IMG/VR virus record: IMGVR_UViG_3300021963_005690
Location: 19,584-83,583 of that record
DNA: 64,000 nt
Reading direction: 5' to 3' (one strand)
DNA from: a virus
Shown here piece after piece: positions 16,086-24,500 of the stretch (position 1 is the stretch's first letter; each line of letters begins with the position of its first letter). The position numbers were made by a program, and so were the translations under genes. The notes below the pieces were generated by a model. The model saw only the letters and a list, made by a program, of their open reading frames with translations, ran no database searches and was not told where the DNA came from.

Positions 16086-16177
16086 TGGTAGAAACGGTGA
16101 GATTCGAACTCACGGGACCATTGCTGATCCGTCTGATTTCAAGTCAGGTGCATTAAACCGGGCTCTGCCACGTTTCC
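16086..16177 (-). tRNA. tRNA-Ser(TGA)
   Basis: CTGA-CTTGAAA-TCAG, long variable arm. Confidence 0.95.
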
Positions 16178-16185
16178 TTTTATTA

Positions 16186-16261
16186 TGGTAGGACCAGGGC
16201 GGTTCGAACGCCCGACCAACGGATTAAAAGTCCGCTGCTCTACCGACTGAGCTATGGTCCC
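16186..16261 (-). tRNA. tRNA-Lys(TTT)
   Basis: GCGGA-CTTTTAA-TCCGT. Confidence 0.95.
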
Positions 16262-16267
16262 ATATAT

Positions 16268-16344
16268 TGGTGCGACCGGAAGGACTTGAACCTCCGACTC
16301 CCTATTTCGTAGACAGGTACTCTAATCCACTGAGTTACGGTCGC
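16268..16344 (-). tRNA. tRNA-Arg(ACG), first tRNA of the array
   Basis: CCTGT-CTACGAA-ATAGG. Confidence 0.93.
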
Positions 16345-16425
16345 ATTCTAAAACACACATAGTACACTCTAGTCATCAAAGTTGCCCTCTTGGCCTTATT
16401 TTCCACTATGTATGCTTTAGAATGC
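16343..16425 (-). ncRNA. long-stem RNA element 3
   Basis: 22-bp stem GCATTCTAAAGCATACATAGTG/TACTATGTGTGTTTTAGAATGC with G:U pairs. Confidence 0.6.
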
Positions 16426-16570
16426 CGTGTATCTCTACACGACATGATAGGGTCAATACCCTACCCAGTAGTCTTACTAACATGTTGTCTCCATGCTTTC
16501 ATATATACTGTCCGCCCATTCTATACATTTTGCGCTGTATTACGGCTCTCGTTGCCTATTCACGCTGTCA

Positions 16571-16738
16571 TCAATCAGTGTAAGTCAGTTGGTTAACTTT
16601 CTTAGTAGCCTCATGATGGACTCTAGCACGTTCAAGTTTATTTTCTATCAACTGTGCTACTTGTTCCTTAGTCAAAACATGATTGCTAAACCAATCTTGT
16701 TTGTTTTCAGAAGTTTTGTATTGTATCTGTTCATCCAT
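16571..16738 (-). CDS. 55-aa protein, first gene downstream of the attenuator terminator
   Basis: MDEQIQYKTSENKQDWFSNHVLTKEQVAQLIENKLERARVHHEATKKVNQLTYTD; AGAGAGG RBS. Confidence 0.6.
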   Translation of the reverse strand: MDEQIQYKTSENKQDWFSNHVLTKEQVAQLIENKLERARVHHEATKKVNQLTYTD

Positions 16739-16748
16739 TTATTGTCAA
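16720..16748 (-). promoter_or_regulatory. possible sigma70 promoter overlapping the start of the 55-aa gene
   Basis: TTGACA-17 nt-TACAAT. Confidence 0.55.
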
Positions 16749-16760
16749 ATCCTCTCTGTA

Positions 16761-16799
16761 AAAGCAAAAACCCCTGAGACTTTTTAGTTCCCAGGGGTT
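16761..16799 (-). terminator. intrinsic terminator of the putative attenuator
   Basis: AACCCCTGGGAACT-AAAA-AGTCTCAGGGGTT followed by TTTGCTTTT. Confidence 0.9.
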
Positions 16800-16844
16800 A
16801 GATAAATGTAGTTATGATGTTAACTTGTTACCTAGTCCCCGGGC
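16790..16844 (-). promoter_or_regulatory. antiterminator hairpin, mutually exclusive with the terminator
   Basis: CCC-GGGG-AC-TAGGTAA pairs with TTATCTA-A-CCCC-T-GGG; apical AGTTA/TAACT. Confidence 0.75.
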
Positions 16845-16965
16845 CATGTTCTTGTGAATCATTATTGCCGCGAATACTTGTTGGATATGCTGGTACAAAG
16901 GATACACTGGCTAATGACAGCCACTGTCCGGTATGTTTCAACATGTTACAAGTTTTATTCATCAT
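16828..16965 (-). CDS. putative attenuator leader peptide containing all 20 amino acids
   Basis: MMNKTCNMLKHTGQWLSLASVSFVPAYPTSIRGNNDSQEHGPGTR*; stop codon lies inside the antiterminator 5' arm. Confidence 0.72.
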   Translation of the reverse strand: MMNKTCNMLKHTGQWLSLASVSFVPAYPTSIRGNNDSQEHGPGTR

Positions 16966-17041
16966 AGTCTTTTATTTAGTCCTGGTTTTAAATTAGTGTA
17001 AACAACGGATGTTTTTTACACCTTTTCTCAATTCATGCTGA

Positions 17042-17070
17042 AGTATAGCACGGTTTTGAATTAATGTCAA
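17042..17070 (-). promoter_or_regulatory. sigma70 promoter driving the leader and tRNA array
   Basis: TTGACA-17 nt-TATACT with extended TG. Confidence 0.88.
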
Positions 17071-17114
17071 ACTTTCGTTCGCCCATTTTTGCAATTATTT
17101 TTTAATACTTATTG

Positions 17115-18575
17115 TTAAATTTGTCTGTGGGCAAGCTTTTTTGCAATATAGGTTTTTATTATGTATCTTAAATTATTATGAACTTTACCTTCATCGTCTA
17201 TTACAACCACTGGTTCTTCCCTCATTTCTGTTATAGGATTTTTATTATCATACAAGCCTTTTATTGATTCATTAAATTTAGTTTGAAGTTCACTTGCTAA
17301 TTTAGAAGCTGATGAGTTTGACATATGTTCTGTTTTCCACTGCAAATTTTTGTATAAAATTTTGTTAGTAATTGTATATCCATATTTTTCTGGATTGGAT
17401 GCAAACTTACTAGAGAACATTCTACCTTCTGAATTACGAATTCCCAAAGAACCAACTTTTACATGTTGAGTAAGCGTAGGATTATCAATGAACCATTGAA
17501 CTGTATCTCTTGCAGTTTCTTCAGTGTCATGGGGTAGGCCTAATATTAAATTAATTTGAAATTTATTATCGGGAAATCGTTCTCTTAATTGTAATAAAAA
17601 TGATTTTAATTTGTTGGGATCAGCTCCTTTACCAACAGCCTTACCACTATCTCGGTTGAAAGTTTCAACACCAAATGTCATTGACCTCCAACCTATTTCA
17701 GAAATTAAATCAACTTGTTCAGTTTTGGATGCAAGCAAATCTAATCTACAATATGCCCAAAATTGAAAATCAATGTTAGTTTCTTCTCTAATTTCTTTAA
17801 TCATTTGCATTTTTTCAATGCTATCGTTAAATGTATCGTCTACAAAAATAAATCTAGTAGATCCATACTGGGTGTACCTATCTACTATATCTCTTTTAAT
17901 ACTTTCTTTATCACGAATGTAGGTTCCTAGTTTTTTACCCAGATGGGCAAATTCACAAAAAGCACAATGAAAAATGCAACCTCTACCTATCTCTATAGGA
18001 AATACTTCATTGTCACTTATAAAATCAGTATAATCATAGTTTGTTTCTAGATCGGACAAATCAGTTATCGGGTAATCACGATCACTGTTTACCACTTGCA
18101 TTCCGTTATATGATTCACTAATCAAAGTACCGTTGTTAACCAGATAATTATGTATTGCAATTACAGAGACATCGGAATATCCCATACATACAATATCAAA
18201 ATCACTTGTCATGTGTCTAACTAGTTCTGCGTTAGGACCGCCCAATACAAGTTTTTTCTTTCTACTTTTTATATATGAAATTAATTTGTTTTCTCCTTCT
18301 ACAGAAAAACGAGTGAATAATCCTGAACCTTCTATATTTCGTTGTGTTAGATAACTTTGTACACTAAATCCGGGTTGATAGAACTTAGTACTGAATCCAA
18401 ACCATTCAATGTTTTCAATACTATCTAGATATTTAAACAATATATCTAGATCCCAGTGTGATAGGTAATCTATCACTTCTACCTCTAAACCCTGTCTGCG
18501 TAATACTGTGGCGATCCTATAAATCCCAATGGATCTGTTAGGCACGTTAGGACTTTCATTGAATAATATAATCAT
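17115..18575 (-). CDS. B12-binding-domain radical SAM protein
   Basis: GRGCIFHCAFC (CxxxCxxC), DDTFND, FGVET, LVLGGP. Confidence 0.88.
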   Translation of the reverse strand: MIILFNESPNVPNRSIGIYRIATVLRRQGLEVEVIDYLSHWDLDILFKYLDSIENIEWFGFSTKFYQPGFSVQSYLTQRNIEGSGLFTRFSVEGENKLISYIKSRKKKLVLGGPNAELVRHMTSDFDIVCMGYSDVSVIAIHNYLVNNGTLISESYNGMQVVNSDRDYPITDLSDLETNYDYTDFISDNEVFPIEIGRGCIFHCAFCEFAHLGKKLGTYIRDKESIKRDIVDRYTQYGSTRFIFVDDTFNDSIEKMQMIKEIREETNIDFQFWAYCRLDLLASKTEQVDLISEIGWRSMTFGVETFNRDSGKAVGKGADPNKLKSFLLQLRERFPDNKFQINLILGLPHDTEETARDTVQWFIDNPTLTQHVKVGSLGIRNSEGRMFSSKFASNPEKYGYTITNKILYKNLQWKTEHMSNSSASKLASELQTKFNESIKGLYDNKNPITEMREEPVVVIDDEGKVHNNLRYIIKTYIAKKLAHRQI

Positions 18576-18592
18576 TTTTTTATTTGTTGTAG

Positions 18593-19753
18593 TTAAGAAT
18601 ATGTTCCTAAATAATGCCATTTTGTAGCAGTAGGTAAAAACTCTCCATTTTCCATAATACTAGGGATAGAACGGTCTAACATGTTATCGTATGATTTCCA
18701 ATAATATCTCCATTTTGCCTTTAGATCAGCAAGCTCAGGTAACGTTTCAATTATTACATCACCCGGTCGCATATCGCTTTTTATACCCCATGAAGGTTTT
18801 TCTACTTGAAACTTATTTTTATCCCATGTTGAGTACAATACTGTACCTGTCAGGTCACAAAATTTTTGCCACTTGGCATGTCCAACTGTATGACCTTGAC
18901 CAGGCATCTTTTGAATTACATATCTTAAATCTTTGTTAATGTCAAAAAATTTAAAAGTTTTGTATGCCATTTCCCATGCTAACTCTGGCATGTCAGGTGA
19001 CCAATAAAAATACTCAGTACCATTAGGATTGTGAATTGTAGGACTTGATATAACCATTGGCTTATCTTTAAGATTCATATAGACTTTATCGCCGGATTCT
19101 GTTCCTAACGATATTAGTCTAGGTTTATCGATTCCCCACATTAGAGCTACACTTTTTCCTTTATCTAACATCTCTCGTTCACCTGGATCCACCGCAAAGT
19201 TAGCAGACCTAAGCATACTACCTAAAAAGTAACCACCCCTAGGATCTATAAACGAATCTTCTTTTAAAGAATTCATAGCAGATTCATCTAACCAATCTAA
19301 TAATACTATTTTAGTATACGGATGATTTGTTGATACCCATTCAAGCATTGGTTTTATTGTAAAATCCCATTCGCTGTATCGGTTTAATTGTGAAGTATCG
19401 TTTTGATTTGGTTTATGAATATTATTATTTAACGCACTAAAAGGTAGTCTGACTGTTATTTGATCTAACTTAATGTTATTGTTAAGGTAAGTCATCAAAA
19501 TGTTATGACTATCTGAACCACCACTGTAGTTTAGTATAAGATAGTCATACGCATCTCTTAGTTGTAACGCTCGTTGCTTATAGAAAAAATCTAGAGGAAA
19601 TTTTCCTAAATGTTCTCTGTTTACCTTTTCAAAGATATCCTCATGATAAAACCAATATATTGGTTGTTTATTTTTTGAGGCTGCAATGTGCGCTAACATA
19701 CAGCTATAATGTTTTTCTTCTCCTACTAAGTAATATCCATATTTGGTAAACAT
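18593..19753 (-). CDS. PP-loop ATP pyrophosphatase (Asn-synthase-like), paralogue 1
   Basis: RALQLRDAYDYLILNYSGGSDSHN, GIDKP, EYFYWS. Confidence 0.78.
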   Translation of the reverse strand: MFTKYGYYLVGEEKHYSCMLAHIAASKNKQPIYWFYHEDIFEKVNREHLGKFPLDFFYKQRALQLRDAYDYLILNYSGGSDSHNILMTYLNNNIKLDQITVRLPFSALNNNIHKPNQNDTSQLNRYSEWDFTIKPMLEWVSTNHPYTKIVLLDWLDESAMNSLKEDSFIDPRGGYFLGSMLRSANFAVDPGEREMLDKGKSVALMWGIDKPRLISLGTESGDKVYMNLKDKPMVISSPTIHNPNGTEYFYWSPDMPELAWEMAYKTFKFFDINKDLRYVIQKMPGQGHTVGHAKWQKFCDLTGTVLYSTWDKNKFQVEKPSWGIKSDMRPGDVIIETLPELADLKAKWRYYWKSYDNMLDRSIPSIMENGEFLPTATKWHYLGTYS

Positions 19754-19754
19754 A

Positions 19755-20660
19755 TTAGAGCAAAGATTCTAAAAACATTAATTCTCGTAGGAACTCTTTT
19801 TGACCAAACATTGCATCAGAACTATTTAAGTAAACCTCATTAAATTTTGATTTGTGAGTTTGTATGAACTCTTTAGATATGTCAGTATAAAAATTTATTA
19901 CATGAGGTGGTGTTCCTTTTGGAACTACGATCCCTATTAATGCACCAAAATCTTTACCCAATGGATTAATTTTTGAGCTGAACTCAGGTACATTAGTTCC
20001 TGAAGCAGTAGTTGCAATTGCTACCATTTTTCCTTGTTGAATATAAGTACCAGTTGAAGCCTGTGTTGATATTGCATAGTCAATTATGCCACCTAATAAG
20101 TCTCTTGTCACATCACTATTGTTTTTGTAGGGTACAACCACTACATCATGATTTAAGGTTTTTGCAAGAGTTTTAGCTAAAATTTCTTGTGTCTCGGTTG
20201 AATATGCAATACTAATCTTCTTTCTAGGTAAAGCTATTAATTGATTGATGGTTTTAACCGAGTTATCAGACCGTGTAACTAAGAACGAAGGTACTTTACC
20301 AACTATAGTGATAAGTTCAAAATCTTTATATGAATGCTTTTTTGACATATATGCGGCCTCATCAGGGTGAACCATCATTCCTAGACCCAATGTCATTAGT
20401 AATGAATATCCATTGGGTTGTTGTTGACTTAAATGTGCTGTTGCTATTTGTCCTTTAGCCCCTTGTTTAACATCAACAAATGCAGTTATACCTTTTGATG
20501 ATAAAAATCTCTCAAACCAAGTTGCAACAAGATGTGTTGTTCCGCCCGGTCCATGGCCACTTATAACTGCAACTGTTTTGTTTTTATCTGGTATCCATTC
20601 GGCATGTGCAGAAGTAGTTATATTTAATAACACGGTTAATAATACAAGTATTTTAATCAT
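19755..20660 (-). CDS. Bug/TctC tripartite tricarboxylate transporter substrate-binding protein
   Basis: signal peptide, GPGG.T, GAKG.IA, PNGYSLL, VPYK, DLLGG.ID, PKGTP. Confidence 0.88.
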   Translation of the reverse strand: MIKILVLLTVLLNITTSAHAEWIPDKNKTVAVISGHGPGGTTHLVATWFERFLSSKGITAFVDVKQGAKGQIATAHLSQQQPNGYSLLMTLGLGMMVHPDEAAYMSKKHSYKDFELITIVGKVPSFLVTRSDNSVKTINQLIALPRKKISIAYSTETQEILAKTLAKTLNHDVVVVPYKNNSDVTRDLLGGIIDYAISTQASTGTYIQQGKMVAIATTASGTNVPEFSSKINPLGKDFGALIGIVVPKGTPPHVINFYTDISKEFIQTHKSKFNEVYLNSSDAMFGQKEFLRELMFLESLL

Positions 20661-20725
20661 CTAAGATTCCTTTGTGAGTTAATTATTTAGTGATGATAAA
20701 TACATTATTAATAAAAGGAATAGCA

Positions 20726-21022
20726 ATGTACAAATATCGTATTGTTACTATAAAAAATGTCAATATTGAATGGTATCCAAAAGATCCTTCGCTGGAAACA
20801 CATTTAAATGAAACCTACATAAATACAGGAATAATGTCATTAGTCACTATTAGTAATGAATCATCTAATAGTACAGATATATTGACCAAAGAAGTGACAT
20901 TTATAAATGAGGAATCATTTGTTAGATATAAAACGGATCCATTAATAGTAGAATATATTGTCGGACGCAATGCGTATGAAGCTAATAATTCAATTGTGAG
21001 AATCAAAGAAAATATTGTTTAA
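20726..21022 (+). CDS. hypothetical protein
   Basis: 98 aa, AAGGA RBS, ATAAATA upstream. Confidence 0.65.
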   Translation: MYKYRIVTIKNVNIEWYPKDPSLETHLNETYINTGIMSLVTISNESSNSTDILTKEVTFINEESFVRYKTDPLIVEYIVGRNAYEANNSIVRIKENIV

Positions 21023-21036
21023 TATACAAATCAGTG

Positions 21037-21939
21037 TTAATAAGACTTTGCGATGAATGTCTTAACCGTCTCTTCCGCTTTTTGCGGATCACTAGAAACT
21101 AATTCAATGTTATCTCTTTTAAATTCATCCAATGTTGCAGGATCGTTAAGGTATTGATTAATAAAAATAGTCCAAGCTTTTATTACTTCAGTAGTTGTGT
21201 CCGGCGGTGTAATCAAACAATACCAGTCAAAATCTTCCCATTGAACATAATGTTTTTGCAATAACATTGAATTTGGACTATTTTTTGGCACCGTTGATGA
21301 GTTAATAGCAATTATTCTAATGGTGTCTGTATCTGCATATGTTGATATAATATTATACGGTAGTAATGCAGATGTAATATGACCCCCCAATAAATCTGTT
21401 ATAACATTTGAACCACCCTTGTATGCTATATTAATGGGTTCATTTCTTATCTTCATTAATTCAGTTAATTGACTGAAATACATTCTTTGCGCAGGTGCGG
21501 CAAATCCAAAACTAAACTTTGGATCATTCTTTATTGCATTTTCATAATCGGCTAATGTTTTAATAGGGGATTTAGCATTTACAATCAATGCTATTGGTGC
21601 ATTTCTAATTCCTATTATAGGTTTAATATTATCTGTGTTATTTTTCATTCTATATATAGCGATGTTACCGGTAGTAACTATTCCAACTGTATACCCGTCA
21701 TTTTTTGACTTAGCTAATTCATTCATACCTATCAATCCCTCTGCGCCGGGCCTGTATACAGGAACTAATTTTATATTATGTTTAGTAGCATAGTTCATAA
21801 TACTTTTGAATGTAGCATCTACTCCGCCTCCCGGAGAAAACGGTATAACAACTTTAATTGGTTCTTTTGTTAAGTCAAATGAGTGTGACATTGTAGTTAC
21901 TAATAACATAGCAACTACGATTAATATTTTTTTTATCAT
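21037..21939 (-). CDS. Bug/TctC substrate-binding protein, paralogue 2
   Basis: PIKVVIPFSPGGGVD, RPGAEGLIG, DGYT, YKGG...DLLGGHI. Confidence 0.9.
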   Translation of the reverse strand: MIKKILIVVAMLLVTTMSHSFDLTKEPIKVVIPFSPGGGVDATFKSIMNYATKHNIKLVPVYRPGAEGLIGMNELAKSKNDGYTVGIVTTGNIAIYRMKNNTDNIKPIIGIRNAPIALIVNAKSPIKTLADYENAIKNDPKFSFGFAAPAQRMYFSQLTELMKIRNEPINIAYKGGSNVITDLLGGHITSALLPYNIISTYADTDTIRIIAINSSTVPKNSPNSMLLQKHYVQWEDFDWYCLITPPDTTTEVIKAWTIFINQYLNDPATLDEFKRDNIELVSSDPQKAEETVKTFIAKSY

Positions 21940-23063
21940 ATTAAATTTCCTATTTTAACCCACGGCGATATACAAATACGCTGACAGGTATGATTAAACG
22001 TTAATAAGTTTACATCTATAGTTGAATACCAACTTGAAAAGTTATAATCCCATCTCTCTTTGTATGATTTAAAATCATTATGGTTTAAGTATATCAAATC
22101 TCTAGTACGGCCCATAGTAGAAAGTTCACTAGTTTTTCCTACTTGAAATTTATAGTCCCATGTATTATAAATTATGGGTATAAAAAAGTTTCTACTTTCA
22201 TCATGTGTTGCCGATGATATTAATCGTTTAACCTCAAATAGTGCTCTATTAGTAGGATCTTTATTTAATTGTTCTAATATAGCTCTAGCCTGTGCATAGA
22301 AAATTAAAGGACAATCTACTGACCAATAAAATAATTCAGTAGAAGCGTTAGTATCTGATGAATATATCTTATTGGCAACATTAACAGCACCGTCTGTGAA
22401 GAATCCAAATAACGTATTTTCTTTAATTACAAGATGAGGTTTGTCTATCCCGTAAATGTCTGCTACAGTTTTACCTTTATCTAAACATTTTTGTATTGAA
22501 TCAGAATATGATGATTGTCTTAATATTTCAAAAACACCTAAATAATGCCCGGCTCTATCACCTATATCATCATATACCTTTAAGGATTGTGTTTGAAAAA
22601 TATCATGTATGTTTATTTTAATATCAGGGTACTCTTTGGCTATCCACTCTAATGTAGGTTTAATTGTGAAGTCCCATTCGCTAAACAGATTTGCGGCTGT
22701 CAAATCTGCCTTATTTGGAGTATATATCTTTTCATCAACTGTAGAACTACGCTGAACATATATTTCATCTAATTTTATGTTATTAGATAGAAATGACATT
22801 AAAACATTATGACTGTCTGCACCGCCACTATAATTTAAAATCAAATAATCATATTTGTCTCTCAACTGGTGTGCTCGTTGTTTATATAGTTCATCCAACG
22901 GCGGTATGTATATAGGAGATTTCCTATAATTTTCATACAAATCAAACCAAATCTCATCATAAAAATACCATTTTAATGGAGATTTACTTTCTGATGCTTT
23001 GTATGCCGCTTTGCTTTTGCTATGAAATATTTCACCGTTAACGGTATAATGTCCAAGTGTCAT
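21936..23063 (-). CDS. PP-loop ATP pyrophosphatase, paralogue 2
   Basis: RAHQLRDKYDYLILNYSGGADSHN, GIDKP, ELFYWS. Confidence 0.78.
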   Translation of the reverse strand: MTLGHYTVNGEIFHSKSKAAYKASESKSPLKWYFYDEIWFDLYENYRKSPIYIPPLDELYKQRAHQLRDKYDYLILNYSGGADSHNVLMSFLSNNIKLDEIYVQRSSTVDEKIYTPNKADLTAANLFSEWDFTIKPTLEWIAKEYPDIKINIHDIFQTQSLKVYDDIGDRAGHYLGVFEILRQSSYSDSIQKCLDKGKTVADIYGIDKPHLVIKENTLFGFFTDGAVNVANKIYSSDTNASTELFYWSVDCPLIFYAQARAILEQLNKDPTNRALFEVKRLISSATHDESRNFFIPIIYNTWDYKFQVGKTSELSTMGRTRDLIYLNHNDFKSYKERWDYNFSSWYSTIDVNLLTFNHTCQRICISPWVKIGNLI

Positions 23064-23779
23064 GTTAATAAATGATTAATATCTTCAGTGCCATTGATAG
23101 ATATCATAAAAGTATATCTATCATGCTTACTAAAATTAGTTACTGCATGTTTATACCCAGTATTCAAGAAGTATGCATTTCCTGGAGTAAACAATACTGA
23201 TTCAATATTATTTTTAACCCAAAACAAGTTAACACACTCTGGTTCAGCGAATATAGGAATGATAATTCTAACTGCGTAACTAGGGTCATAATCAATATGT
23301 GGGGTAATATTATTACCTGCTTCTAATTTTACTAAACGAATTCTAGTAGGTGTACCTTTAAATTTGCTCAAAACTTTATCAAATATAGTTGCATATTTTT
23401 TGTAGATTTCCGTTTTATGAACAAATGTTGCTTCATTATGAATACTACTTACGTCGGTACTTAACATCTTTTTTTGACGCATGCCTTTAATCTTACCCTC
23501 TTTATGAAAGTCTTTAGCTATCATTTCTAACTCATCAATAGAGACTTCTTCGTTTGGTAATTCGCTATCGGTTAGACTTATTTGAAAGAAGTTTTTATAA
23601 ACATCATTAGTTAAATCATAATGTACTCCGCATAACTTTTTGTTTACTTTCAGTGCAGACTTGAACTCTGTTTCTAAATTACGTACACAGGTTTGTAGTT
23701 CAGAAAGTAAGGTTGAATCTAATTTCAAATGTTCTAAAATACTATAGGTTGGTAATAAATGTTTTATTTTTTGTGTCAT
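23060..23779 (-). CDS. aspartyl/asparaginyl beta-hydroxylase-like 2OG-Fe(II) oxygenase
   Basis: RIRLVKLEAG..ITPHID, YFLNTG.KH.V.N....R. Confidence 0.8.
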   Translation of the reverse strand: MTQKIKHLLPTYSILEHLKLDSTLLSELQTCVRNLETEFKSALKVNKKLCGVHYDLTNDVYKNFFQISLTDSELPNEEVSIDELEMIAKDFHKEGKIKGMRQKKMLSTDVSSIHNEATFVHKTEIYKKYATIFDKVLSKFKGTPTRIRLVKLEAGNNITPHIDYDPSYAVRIIIPIFAEPECVNLFWVKNNIESVLFTPGNAYFLNTGYKHAVTNFSKHDRYTFMISINGTEDINHLLT

Positions 23780-23780
23780 T

Positions 23781-24488
23781 TTATTTGACCTTAAGTAACG
23801 AATGGAAATGTCCACCCCAATCAGCCCAGTGTCTAAATGACGGATTAGCAGGTTGGTCGTGATGGTTTTTGTGCCAACCTTCACCTCCGTTTAAGAATCC
23901 TAATACTGGTACATTTGTGGGTCCGTTCTTGTCATGGCAGAATATGTTAATTAAACTTCCACCTAACCACATTAGTACTCCGGGCACTACAAGTAATATC
24001 CAATACCATTTCAATGGTAAAAAGATTAATCCTAATAGGTGAATAGAATACAATACATGAAAATAGTATTTGTGTTGAAACAGATATAATGGTTTTCTTA
24101 GCAAGTCAGGAACATATTTTACAATATCTTTGTCATTATCTGACATTTGCCAATATGCTCTAAAACGTCCCATAAACTTAGGACTATGTGGGTCTTTTTC
24201 TGTGTCACTATATCTATGATGTTTTCTATGGACACCTGCCCAAGCTAATGCAGATGAGGTTGCACCTAACCAAGATAACGTTACTAGTATTTTTTCAGCT
24301 AACGGATGAATGTCATTTTTATGTGATACTGTTCTATGGAATAGCATAGTACCACACAACCCAACATATAAAATCTGCGATAGAACAAGTGTGGGTATTG
24401 TTATGTACCACGGGTAATATAATAACCCTATTACAAATAAAATATGTAAATAAATCTGTGTTATAATGAGTTTTTGTTTGTATGTCAT
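23781..24488 (-). CDS. delta-9-type fatty acid desaturase
   Basis: His boxes HRTVSH, HRKHH, GEGWHKNHH; SDTEKDPHSP. Confidence 0.93.
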   Translation of the reverse strand: MTYKQKLIITQIYLHILFVIGLLYYPWYITIPTLVLSQILYVGLCGTMLFHRTVSHKNDIHPLAEKILVTLSWLGATSSALAWAGVHRKHHRYSDTEKDPHSPKFMGRFRAYWQMSDNDKDIVKYVPDLLRKPLYLFQHKYYFHVLYSIHLLGLIFLPLKWYWILLVVPGVLMWLGGSLINIFCHDKNGPTNVPVLGFLNGGEGWHKNHHDQPANPSFRHWADWGGHFHSLLKVK

Positions 24489-24500
24489 GTTACTATTTAT

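Noticed and set aside
8094-16570. tmRNA, RNase P RNA or hammerhead ribozyme among the spacers
   Set aside because: I found no tag frame with Ala-type ends, no GAGGAAAGTCC and no CTGANGA/GAAA core on the transcribed strand by eye; the CTGATGAG at ~8140 is antisense tRNA sequence.
16390-16996. Plus-strand ORFs 16390-16596, 16493-16777 and 16814-16996
   Set aside because: They have no RBS or motifs and lie antisense to a coherent minus-strand promoter-leader-terminator unit.
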